A program made the translations under genes and the position numbers. A stretch of DNA of 64,000 nucleotides, taken from positions 26,818,150-26,882,149 of the forward strand of contig NC_134026.1 of assembly GCF_964204645.1 (NCBI RefSeq), given 5' to 3'. This document shows positions 42,976 through 54,345 of this stretch, piece after piece. The stretch is from Tubulanus polymorphus (taxonomy: Eukaryota; Animalia; Nemertea). Under the pieces are notes generated by a model. The model saw only the letters and a program-made list of their open reading frames with translations, was not told the DNA's origin and did no database searches. Positions within the stretch are counted from its first letter, which is position 1, and the number at the start of each line of letters is the position of its first letter.

Positions 42976-43506
42976 TGCAGATATCGTAAAGCATTTACAA
43001 TTATAATGGGTTCAGCTGCTGGATGTATGTTTATGTATTTGATTTTTTGATATTATTTCATCCACTGGACTCAAGCATTTACTCCTGTGTATGAAATATA
43101 CTAGTCATAAGTTAGTAAACTGATTCTTGTATATTTTTTCCAAAGGTGAAGAAATATTTTACTAGGATTTTGTTACTTTTTTTAAGACTTTGGATAATAC
43201 ATAGTACATTTGAATCATTCATGAATTTTTATCATACAAAACATTATGATTCTTGTAGTTTGTTTTCTTGTATAGTTTCACTCAACAACCATATAACTTG
43301 AACTTTTCAGAAATCCAACTTTCAAATGTGGATACTGGGGCCTCAACTGAGAGTCTGCACTATTAAAGATTTATAATATCTATTTTTATTTCTATTTTTA
43401 GAATGATGTATGAATGAAAGGTCAACAGAAAAAGAATACCCGGTAATTGATTAGAGATGTGACTTTACAGTTTGTACATTTCAATTTTTAAAATGTATAT
43501 TGACAT

Positions 43507-43516
43507 TGTAAATAAA
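43507..43516 (+). terminator. Candidate polyadenylation signal of the upstream gene
   Basis: TGTA immediately followed by AATAAA (43511-43516) with GT/T-rich sequence downstream. It lies just before the rise in CpG density. Confidence 0.35.
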
Positions 43517-44131
43517 GTATTGTTTATTTAGATGAAATTATTGTGTTAATTCAGTTATTAGCTGTCCCAGCAAACAACTTCCAACTCGTCGAAATCTGCA
43601 GCAGGATTGATGATAAATGGATGTCAATTCTTGAAAAGTTCTACAAGAAAAACTTCTGTTAAAATATAATGATACACATTTTCGTGTTCAATTCAATAAT
43701 ACTTGTGTTAACCAAATATGTACTTATTCAAAACTCATATAAACAATGAATTGTCATAACAACACTCTCCAAACTTAGTGATGACGCGGTTAAAGATGGC
43801 ATTGAAAATATATTGTATTTTTATCGTTAAAGTAGTTTTACTGGGGTTGTATTAAACATCAAACATTTCAAATAACATGCATTAAATTGTGACACATCCC
43901 TGCGAAGATTTAATTTGACAAAAACAAAAACCCTTCTCTATCATCGTGTGAACATGAATATCAATTTAATTAGTTTTTTTAGCGCCGTTCTGAGATACAT
44001 ATCTGCAAATGATGCCGGGCACTTGGGTTCTCGTCCCATGGTGACCCGTTTTGTATCATTCAAAATTTGACATATTTCAATTGACAAGTGTTGGGCAAAC
44101 TAGGCATCTCTACTAGGACTTTTCATGCGAG

Positions 44132-44953
44132 CACGAGCCATCTGCCAACGCGTTTTCACGACTATTCATCCCGACACGCGACCACGCGCGTTCCCATGAC
44201 TACAGTCGGATTAATTTGTATTATAATAACCCGATTTCATTGCTAAGACTGGCAGGGGGCTTGCTATGGGCCACGGTGCAAACATTCATAATTGCGAGAC
44301 CACTTCATAACTTTGGTTGTTTCTGTTCGTGTAAGACTATACTGTTACGCTGTTTTTCCCGTCCCCAACGTAAGACTTTGGTACCTTACTGCTGATAAAG
44401 ACTTATTTGCCTCTTGTTGACATGATACCCATATTGATGCAGCTGCCCGTGGAACTCTTTGATGTAAAGGAGCCATCTGGCACTGACGTCATTAGTGCTC
44501 TATAGGTACAAGGTGTGGTCTCCATAAAATCACCTGCCTATGTACACAGTAGATACGTCCCGCGCTTAGATGTAACCACTGTTTAAAACTTTTTAAAGTG
44601 TTAATCAAAAAACTGTAAAACACAGTTTTTTGTAGTTGGGAATGTTAGAAAGATGTATATATATATATATACATAGTTTTTTTTGTGGAAGAAACTTTTT
44701 AGGGTAAAGATGGTTGGAATGACGTCATCGTTTTATCCGGTGCAAAAAATCGACATTGATTTTTGCCGCAAGCTAACTTCTAATTCCCAGCTCTAATCTG
44801 CTAGAATATTCGAGAATCGGGGGATATTTGAAGAGAGAATCTCCAGTGAGGCCTGTATACGCGCATGACGCCTGTTTCACCAGGCACGCGCTCTTGCACA
44901 CGCGATGCCACATCGCGCTTATTCATAACCAAATGAGGTAAAGTGGTCGCGTG
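44132..44953. promoter_or_regulatory. Candidate proximal SoxC regulatory module (Hes class-C sites, proneural E-boxes, two CREs)
   Basis: CACGCG at 44175, 44183, 44885, 44899 and 44948 (reverse); CACGAG at 44132; TGACGTCA at 44484 and 44720; CAGCTG/CATCTG/CACCTG E-boxes between 44139 and 44536. Confidence 0.45.
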
Positions 44954-47056
44954 CGCCTTGCGTTCAGTTTAATTGTAATGTAGATTTTTTATCCCCCATA
45001 ACTCAAAGGATCTAGCCACGGGCTTTTTTAAATGAATGCGTATATGGTCGGACTTGATAAATACGTATTTCGGAACGCATTTCGTTGTCGTCAATGGGTC
45101 TGAATCGTATGTAATTCATATATTTAGATACCCGCTCAGTTTCAATTTTTAGTTTAAACATTAGATCATTTCTTACCTACTGTATATTATGAAAACTATT
45201 TTTTCTCGACATAGCACTCCACGACGGTGATCATTGGTCGAAAAAGCTAACACATATATTTTTTCACGGTGGGGATTGTTTATCATGGGCTCCAGGAGTA
45301 CCTATGTCTGGGTTATGACAGCATAGTTATACGACCCCCACAGCTGACATCAATTTCTGACGTTTACAGAAGCTTTTGGCCGAATTCTTCCCTCATGTGT
45401 TTAGCATACGTTGCGTATTGCCTTCTTCGGGGTCATGGTATAACATCTGTCAGATAGAAGACTAGTGAGAGGGAGTTTATTTGATCAGATAAAACTTTTT
45501 GTACCTAGGCAGGGGCGCATTTAGAGCTCCCTCTATTTTTTGCCAAAATACGTCACATCATCACATCATTTTTTATACTTACTCTCAGAAAATGGTTAAT
45601 TTTTTTCGAATAAGACCAGTCACCAACTTCAAATGATTCGGAAGGATACACTGTCTATATTGATTGACACTGAAGCCATAACCTACCATGGCGCCCTTTC
45701 TCTTTGATGTATACATATATAATTATTTCCAACCCACTTTCAAATTCCTAACGACGTTATCATTTCTTTGGCTTTCATTTTGTTTTAAATTGTAAAAAAA
45801 TCTCAGGATACGAATATTTTGAGACCGTCCCTATGCCTGCGTTCGTTACTTGATATGAGACGCACAAATGGGGTGCTGTTTTTATAAAACTAGAGTAAAC
45901 TACTTAAATCAGCAACAGACGTGTCGTGTGCGGGGCCTTAGTCCGTCTATCAGTCAACCCTATCTTTTAGAGACGGCAGGTGCAACAGCTCAAAATACCA
46001 GTTTCGTGGTCTGGCCAAGCAAAATCAACACCTCTAGTAAATTTCCGCGAGGTAAACACGATGAAAGAGATGAAAAGATCTTTAATCATGGACATATATC
46101 CGAGTTAATTAGATACTGCCGCATATACGTATATCACTGTATACACAGTTCAGCGCATTGGTGTTTCTAACGCAAATTCAAAAATCACAAACACTTCAAA
46201 GTAAGAAAAGGGTCGTTAATGGTATACTTTTATGTTTGGATTATAGTTATAAATGTCAATTTTTCAATTTTGAGTTGTTTGGATAAAGTTTGCCGCTTGT
46301 TTGGTGGCTGACATTGAATCAACGGTGGGATGATGTCCACATAGACGGAACAGCCACGCGTGTTTTTCAGATTACTACGCTACTCGCTTCGGAACTCATA
46401 AACTCCGCCTATCAACGACAGCTGGTGTATTTCACATGTGCTCACAGTTTTCAATTCACAGTAAACATGGCCAAATTTCATCTACCAGTCGCCCCGATAC
46501 CACCTCATATATTTATACGTATACACATACATATATATGTATCGTAATTTCATCTTATCAGACTCAGAGTAACGTTTCCATCAAAACAGCGTATATTATA
46601 CACTCGCCTTGAAACATAATCAAACTCCAAAACAACATCTCCCCGAAATATAAATAGTTTAAAGATTGAAATAGTTATGGTTTTAGTGTTTATAAGAAAC
46701 ATTTCCAGTCTACTGATGTGAACTTTTCACGTTGGAGTACAGGGTAAATCGTTTAACCGCGATGATATGTGATTCCAAGAAATCCCGCGTATAATTTATT
46801 TACCCCATATAACGCATATTATTAAACTCGATGTATTAGGCTTATGTCGATTAATCAGTTTCTAGGGATTGACAGGACACTTAGCAACGTTATTCTCATC
46901 AAAGATCGCAACCTATGTTGTGATATTGATAATTCGTGAAATATCTTTAACGAGAATTGCAAAATTCGAGAAAAAATTGCTGATGCGATGAAAATCTTCA
47001 AGCATGGCAGTCGGTATTTCTCGCTAAGCCACGCCTATTTCACTCGCACCTTTGGC

Positions 47057-47154
47057 TTGTTTACGTTCAGCCAGCCAATCCGACCAATCAAGAAGGCGTT
47101 TTGCGACAGCTGATTGGTTCATACATTAGTCACGTGGTCTGTTGGTCTATATAA
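47057..47154 (+). promoter_or_regulatory. SoxC core promoter
   Basis: TTGTTTAC forkhead site at 47057, CCAAT at 47075 and 47084, inverted ATTGG at 47113, CACGTG at 47131, and TATATAA at 47148-47154. This predicts a TSS near 47177-47180, about 75 nt upstream of the ATG. Confidence 0.8.
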
Positions 47155-47201
47155 GCGTACGAAAACCGCATGCTAGACCAATTTTTACACCGTCTTCCTT
47201 C

Positions 47202-47252
47202 ATGCGCTCGTGGAATACTATTATTTATATGCTCAGACTTGGACATTCGTAA
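47202..47252 (+). other. Upstream ORF (16 aa, [16 protein letters not shown]) in the SoxC 5'UTR; stop overlaps the main ATG
   Basis: ATG at 47202 and an in-frame ATG at 47229. TAA at 47250-47252 shares its last A with the ATG at 47252-47254 (TAATG). Confidence 0.55.
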
Positions 47253-48427
47253 TGATACCACAGTCAACCTCAAACAAGATGTCACTGGAAAATTATACCG
47301 AAGAATCAATGAACAATCCAGTATCAGCAATGACGATGTCAAATACTACGACGACTAGCATTGCTATGTGTATGGATAATCAAGCTGACCTGAATAACGC
47401 CGCCGAATTTGGTTCGCAGTCTATCACGCCAGGGTCGTCGACTCCATACACCGATGCTACAAACTGTAAGAAAATTACCAACCATGTCAAGCGACCTATG
47501 AACGCATTCATGGTATGGTCGCAGATCGAGAGGAGAAAAATCTCCGAAGTGCAGCCAGATATGCATAATGCTGAAATCAGCAAAAGACTTGGAAAGCGTT
47601 GGAAGACTCTCAGTGAGCCTGAGAGACAACCGTACATTGAAGAAGCCGAACGACTTCGTCTGTTACATATGCAGGAATATCCGGATTATAAATATCGTCC
47701 ACGAAAGAAAGTGAAACCATCTTGCACTGGTATCAAGCCGGATACGGGAAAAGTGACGAAAAAGCCAACCGTCTCGAAGGTAGATAGAAAGAAACAACTC
47801 GTGCAAGAACAAAATAATAACAATAACAATACTTTAACGTATACGAACTCGGCGACCTCGTATGTGCAAAATAATAGTCAGGTCGCCAATAAGTTGAAAC
47901 TGAAGCTTACTATCGATAAGAAATTCAGGGAAAGCATCAAAGCCAGCCAGAGTGTGCCTCTTCTGGTCAGTCAGCTGACACCACCCGCCAAAGTGCCCTG
48001 CAGTCCGATGGCAGAACACCCGCCAACGCCGGAATCCAGTTTTTACGATGATGTGGATGGCATTTTCGAAACGCCCGAACCGTCTCCTCGCGAACACGTT
48101 CATATCAAATCGGAAATAATCGTGGGTCATCCGATGCAGCAGGTAAATCAGTTAAACCAGCAGCAAAATGACCAACAAATGGACAATCCAACCCTCGCCG
48201 ACCTGGACAATTTAACGGATATATTGCAATTGCCCACTAACTGGCAGATGGAACTTAATAATCTCGACTTGGGCAAGTTGGCCGAACAGGACTTTAATTT
48301 CGACATGACCGGAACGGCTAATTCTCACTTCGAGTTCCCAGATTACTCAACACCCGAGGTGACGGAAATGATTCAAAGTGACTGGTTGTTGGATTCGAGC
48401 TTGGGTTCGTTAATTTCGGCGCAATAA
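47252..48427 (+). CDS. SoxC: SoxC transcription factor (Sox4/11/12 orthologue), single exon, 391 aa
   Basis: HMG box [20 protein letters not shown]...[15 protein letters not shown]...[23 protein letters not shown] is group C diagnostic. The C-terminal transactivation motif [22 protein letters not shown] matches Sox4/11. The first in-frame ATG gives MIPQ, resembling the MVQQ start of Sox4/11. The ORF-track start at 47210 is a GTG. Confidence 0.97.
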   Translation: MIPQSTSNKMSLENYTEESMNNPVSAMTMSNTTTTSIAMCMDNQADLNNAAEFGSQSITPGSSTPYTDATNCKKITNHVKRPMNAFMVWSQIERRKISEVQPDMHNAEISKRLGKRWKTLSEPERQPYIEEAERLRLLHMQEYPDYKYRPRKKVKPSCTGIKPDTGKVTKKPTVSKVDRKKQLVQEQNNNNNNTLTYTNSATSYVQNNSQVANKLKLKLTIDKKFRESIKASQSVPLLVSQLTPPAKVPCSPMAEHPPTPESSFYDDVDGIFETPEPSPREHVHIKSEIIVGHPMQQVNQLNQQQNDQQMDNPTLADLDNLTDILQLPTNWQMELNNLDLGKLAEQDFNFDMTGTANSHFEFPDYSTPEVTEMIQSDWLLDSSLGSLISAQ

Positions 48428-48827
48428 CCTAAGTATTACGCTCGATGCGTGTGTATATATTATATTATATTCCAAAATTCAGGACAAAAACGTTAAAAGC
48501 TCAGTGACAACTTTTACACGTATCCTATTGGATCTTTTAATGTGAAATAGCGACTCAACGTAGCGTTTGTATATATTCAGGTGTACATACAGAAAATCTG
48601 TAAGGACACTACAGTATTCATTCATTCTCACATACCAATGATCTATGTTCGAAAAAAACAACTATGCATCTCCAAGAATTCTAGGTCTTAGTTCGGCTGC
48701 TCTTTTCAGTCGTTAAAGTTTATTTATTAAGTCAATTACCTTTTTTTCATTCTGAATATTCGTGTAGCGATAAAAATAAAAACGACCAAACAGTTCCGAA
48801 AGTGACCTTTCAGGCTTTTTGTAAATA
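48428..48827 (+). promoter_or_regulatory. SoxC 3'UTR with Pumilio response elements and a proximal polyA signal
   Basis: TGTAHATA at 48452, 48568, 48582 and 48820; AATAAA at 48775; ATTAAA at 48946 and 49036 are possible distal signals. Confidence 0.6.
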
Positions 48828-51800
48828 TGTCTGTGTTAATGGCCTGCATTGGAAGCATTGTATTTGCTGCGTTGTTTTTATCACTCACTTCTCTCTCATC
48901 TGCCATCTATTTGTATATTCATTCATAAAGATTTATATTATGTAAATTAAAACCCCCGTATATCACATAGGCATTTGTAAATGTAAGTTATAACTTTTGT
49001 TAAATAATTTTCTATTATATATATAACTTTTGTAAATTAAAAAAAGATTTCTAGTATTTTATAAGCTGCCATATTTAAAAGAAAGATTTCCAGAGTAAGT
49101 CATTGTGAAAGGAACGCTTTAGATTTTTATACACTGTACAGTGTTTTTATACATCCGTACACAGTTTCGGTACGTTGACCAATTGTCAATTGATGTGATT
49201 TAAACAAAATAATCAGCCTTAGAAATTACCCGAGCAACTTTCGCAATGACAGATTTAACTTATTGTGCTCTGTGGCCTGTCCACAAAAATGAATAATTAT
49301 AACTTATGTGTTTTGGCTGTTGTATAAAATATTATGACAATAATATAGAGAGAATAGTGTACAAATATAATATAAAATTGAAATATTCCAACGAACAAAA
49401 TAGTACTTGGGCGTGATAGCCACTGTGATTTTAATAATATTTCATATTTGTACATGAGATACAATAATAATGTAGTAAGTCTACTTTTGCAATGAATCCG
49501 ATATAAACGTTTTGAGTTACATGTTTTCTTCGTCAGGTTTTGATAGCTGCTTGGTGGGATCACACCAGTCTGGGATCAAAACAGTCAATTGTCAAGGGTT
49601 TTTGGATGAGATTTGCGTTAATGGTGTTGTCCTATTTTTAGTATTCACATGTATTTCTATGGCTCTTGGACACATTCTGATGGTGACGTGTATTATTTGA
49701 ATTCGTCACAATCCGTCGTTGGCGAAAAATGTTTCTTTTCATCGCAGACTCCAAGGAGGAAGCCTATATTTAGCATACTTGAATACTCAAAGACCCGGTT
49801 ACGACATTATAATTAGGTCGCGAATTTTAGTTTAGTATTTGGTTAGTCACACAAGAACGTCCAACAAAGCTTTTAATACGGATTAACAACCTAGGAAATT
49901 GCAAAACACTCATGATAGTAACTTTTATCAAGATATATCCCAAAAGAATTGTTTAATTTCCGTATCTTTTGGTGCCATGCATAAAGAAAAGGACACACAC
50001 GTATGTATATATATAAATGTAGTCCTAGACCGTGTGGGTGACCCGAACTTTTCAGTCAAATTCATAGGACGTATTTTGGGTTTCTCGGTGATCCGGTATT
50101 CATTCGTTTTGAATGTGCTTGTTTGCTTTCATAAGTGGCGCCGATTTTGACATAGTAACTGATTGTTTATACGTGCTTCGAGCCCTGGGATTTTTAACGG
50201 AAACTTTGGATGGTAACCTGAACGAGTCGAAACATGTCGAAGTCAACAATATATTTATATCCTGGCTCACAAATGCTATATCTAAATCCTCACTCAAATC
50301 CATCGCTAAAATTTCAGACGAAAGTAATCACTGTTGATAATGACACTCCCGCATATGTATTTAGTTATCGCGCTGCCAAGAATTATTATGCAATAGTTAA
50401 TACCTTTCATGCATGCATGGATAAGGTTAAACAATCCCGGCGTATCGAGAGTCAGACTGTTTAATGCGGGCAAATTTAACCCACTAGACCGCTGATTAAT
50501 TACACAAAATTATGTGAATTTGCGTCTAGCGCTATGAGCCAGACTTCGCTCAGTTGGTCCTTGTTTTGTTTCTGATTCGAACCACATGTGCCATTACCTG
50601 CAGTTCTATATTCATAATGCATTGGGCAAATAAAACTCGGTTGTATAGAATCTAGGCTATCAAAAACGGAAATGCCTGCGCGCACTATGGGGCTATGTAC
50701 GTATGTAGGCACGGAAAATTGTGCATTGCGGTGAATTTCTTCTTTTAGAACTCGTTTATTATTATGAACTCCAGCTATGAGCGTGCAGATCGGTATAAAG
50801 TCCATCATTTACTATTCAACGATTGAATAGAATTTCCGTATGACACACATACCTGAGGTGACCAAACTGGCCAAAAATTCCTAACTACATCCGTTTTTAA
50901 AAAGGTCAGCTATTCGAAGGTCCAAACAATTATAAACGTTTGTTTTCTATGCACGGATTCAGATTAACTATGGCCATGTCGAAAACTTGTTTGCTAAAAA
51001 TGGAAATCATTCCCGAACAATTCATTTTTGTTGTAATAACTTTTCAAAAGCATTGGCCTAGATTACGAATTGACTGTGTTCTGAGAAGGAGTGTATTTTG
51101 GGGCTGAGTGGTCAGTTTTGTGTGTGTGTCCTTATACGAAACGTGATTAAACGCATGCAAAACTCGTCTCAGATTTTCTGCGTTTAAGAAAACAGGCTTC
51201 TTTTACGTAGTTGTAGATTAAGGTGTCCTGTGCTGGAACAAGCAAACCTGGAAGATGAGTCACCGCTGTTTCGATCTAGCGGATGGATTTGCACTGGGGA
51301 TCATATAATATGCACTAGTGGCCAAATATGCGCCACCTTTAATACGATCCATTCAAACGCAGGAATAAAAGAGCGTGGAGTTTTCCACCTTAGGGGTCCA
51401 TTCTATCATAATGTCTATGATTCTCCTATTGACACGTTGATAGTTTTGCATTTGAGTTTTACTTTCAGGTATATATTTATTCGAGTATCGTTAAGACATT
51501 TGATGCATAAAGGATACAAGGCCATTTGTACGTAGGTCATTAAAAGCTTTCCTCAAACATCTGTCGTCCACTGTCCTTCCTCATCACTATCTTCCTTATC
51601 TCTCGGAGCTGGATTTTGAGGGTCTCCATATTTCGGTCCATATAAACTTTTCAAAGGCGTTGTAGACGTTATACCAAAAACGTTCACTGGTGTGATATTT
51701 CCCTGTTCAATTTCGCGCGTTTTAGTTCATTCAAAAATATGTAGGTGTCGTTACCGTGCAATCCAAATGATTTTGGCGCCTTAATCAAATCTAATAACAT

Positions 51801-53339
51801 GAAACAACACCACGCTGTTTATATACGTATTATACACTGTTATGGATCACACGTTGCTATGATCATGTGTTCACTGTACACACAGCAACGCAACGCTATC
51901 AATTCGGAATGAAATTCTATATGTAGCCTGTTTGGCAAATTAATTACGCATAGAACTTAAGATGTAAAATAGGGCGCTGTTTCTTTGATTATCAAGAGCG
52001 ATTGTATAATATCTCATACCTACATCGAAGAACAACTTTGTTTATCTATTAGTATACATTATACACGTGTATAACGAGATACATGTAATATCATTAAGGC
52101 CTGGCACAGAACTCCTTTCGTTGCGCACCGTTTTGCGGCCGTTTTTCTACAGCAGCCGACTATGTTGTGTATTCAAAATCTATTCAGTAAAAATCATACA
52201 ATGATCTGTGACTGATCGGAAGAGAATGGAAGATAAAAAAATTCCACGAATGAGCTGAAAAACAAATTAAGATAAAAATGTGACATTGTGAACTGCATGT
52301 AACATTGTGCCTTACAAAAAACTACCCGGTATCAAGGAGTAATGACGAGATACAATATTCTAGCATTCAGTTTTGCCATTATCAAAGAAACATATCGAAA
52401 AAGGTATGGTATAGGCCCTATAGTGCCTACATATAGGTATTCTATAAGGGCTTTGCCATGTAAACTTCTGAGAAAACTCCATCTGTTGTATAGGATCTTG
52501 TTGTTTTCTATCAACAAAACCCATCGAACCTTATAAAAATGTACACTTTCCATAAGCAATTTGGTTCGTTGGATCGCTAATGCCCCAGAGGTCAATGCAT
52601 TCAGAGCATCCGCTCAGGTTTGTTTACAATAGGATACCTTATTTCCGGTAATGAATATGTTTAAGCTCAACATTTATATATACATCACTGGGGCGTAATT
52701 TCAAAAGATCTTATTCATCTTCTAGCACATTTTCTTAGTATTAATCCCGTACAAGTGGATGGTTTTATTCAGCTCCCTGGTCTGATTCTACTTCTTCTTT
52801 TTGGTAAATTAGAAGATTTCTACAAAAATTATTCCCCTCATTCCGCCCATATTCGAACCGGACGTAAAAACTGGCCCCATTTTGAAATTACTTTTTTAGA
52901 ACTCTCTGCGATTTAAACCAAATTTTGGAGTAACTCGTTTTAAACTTCAGTACGCTAGCAACCGATCATTCTGTCATTTTGGTCCCATGGAGCGAATTCT
53001 AAGCCAATTTTAAAACACTTACTTTCTTACATTTCAAACTGTGCCTTATTGCGTTTTTATGTGGATGCTTAATGGATTACATATCTTACGAAAAGCGCTT
53101 TAAAACCTGGAAAATTTGAATGATAGTAGATCTTATTGGAAAAAGAGCTTGGGAAAAGATTTGTACAATATTGTTGTTCCTATTGTCTTTGATCCCATAT
53201 TTTGGCATTTTGATTTGAGTTCTATGATTGAGTTCTTTTATTTCGGCGATACGTAGCATCAACGGTTCGCGCGAACGATTCACTTTTACTGACTTGTGCT
53301 GACCTCTTACGGTAAACTAAAGAACTATGGTACGTTTGA

Positions 53340-53396
53340 GGTCGAGTCCCAGATTTTACTACGCGGACACGTAGGGGGTCGAGTCCCAGATTTTAC
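53340..53396. repeat. 20-bp direct repeat, 37-bp period
   Basis: GGTCGAGTCCCAGATTTTAC at 53340-53359 and 53377-53396. Confidence 0.85.
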
Positions 53397-54234
53397 CACC
53401 ACGTGGTTTATTCGAATGACGGCAACGTATCATACGTGAAGAAACAGTAGAAGAAATGTGAAAGTGTTGTTTCATCGTTAAAATTATCTGATTCGAATCC
53501 GAAATGGCTCTCTCAAGATAAATTGTGATTTAACCACGAGAAATAGACTTAAGTCTTCTTCGTTGTTGTGAAATAATTAACCGATTGACATTGTCAGCGA
53601 ATTATATATAGGCCTAAGATAACCTGAAGAGGTGCTGCAACACTTTGGTCAGCATCCAGCCAATAGCAACGCATCATTAAACCGAACATTGCCGAACGAC
53701 GCAGCACTGCCGATGATTTCCGAATGTTTGACAGATCACACATACGGATGGAGATGCTGGAAATTCTCTAAACTAGCATGTTTTTATCACATTTAACTCA
53801 TCCACTGTCGACCTAGCATTCAACGAACATTATGATTAGGTGTTTAAAGGTTTCATCGAGTGACACACGTCCGTGAATTCATCATGTAGTTGTGGATTTA
53901 AAGTGATTTGATCGCGTGAAATATAGTGATTCACCACAGTACTGCTCCTGGTTGTCTGTGTGCTGTTGATGCTGATGATTGCCCGCAGTCTCGCAGTACT
54001 ACTGACTGGGGTGGTGACACAGTAGTTCGGTGGTATGTTGGTCAAGTATCGACCATGTTAACAGTTTTATTATCATAGCTTAAACCTAGCCTGAACAACA
54101 TTGATACCTAACTCTACTAAGCATGCTGTTGAATTCAATAATTCGGTGTCATTGTTTTGTGGACAGTAGTAAAAATTCATGTTGGAATTTACAGTATGGG
54201 GAAGGATAGATGGAATTCTTGAGTTCAATGAGAA

Positions 54235-54345
54235 ATGGGCAAGAAAATCCAGTTCCTCGGCCGCTATGTGATGGAAGGGCAGACGCTGGGAAAAGGGAAT
54301 TTTGCCAGAGTGGAGCTTGCAACCCATGGTGTTACTAATTGCAAG
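54235..54345 (+). CDS. First coding exon of an AMPK-related (CAMK group; HUNK/SIK/MARK-like) Ser/Thr kinase
   Basis: MGKKIQFLGRYVMEGQTLGKGNFARVELATHGVTNCK contains the Gly-rich loop GKGNFA. An in-frame TGA lies at 54229 just upstream of the ATG. The phase-0 donor AAG|GTGAGA joins cleanly to the VAIK exon. It is too short for the ORF track. Confidence 0.9.

Noticed and set aside
45510-45840. Possible Harbinger-type MITE (CAGGGGCG...CGTCCCT)
   Set aside because: The terminal repeats are too degenerate to support.
174-46547. The many 60-116 aa ORFs of the ORF track upstream of SoxC
   Set aside because: They have no recognisable domains, often start at TTG/GTG, and have the length and composition expected by chance in AT-rich DNA.
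47210-47251. 405-aa SoxC start given by the ORF track
   Set aside because: It begins at GTG. The first in-frame ATG at 47252 gives the family-like MIPQ N-terminus.
47339-48130. Antisense ORFs overlapping SoxC
   Set aside because: These are shadow ORFs of a real coding sequence with no independent signals.
49506-49537. Minus-strand CTGACGAAG...TCAAAACGTT hammerhead-like string
   Set aside because: G12 is lost and helices I and II barely pair, so it cannot be distinguished from chance.
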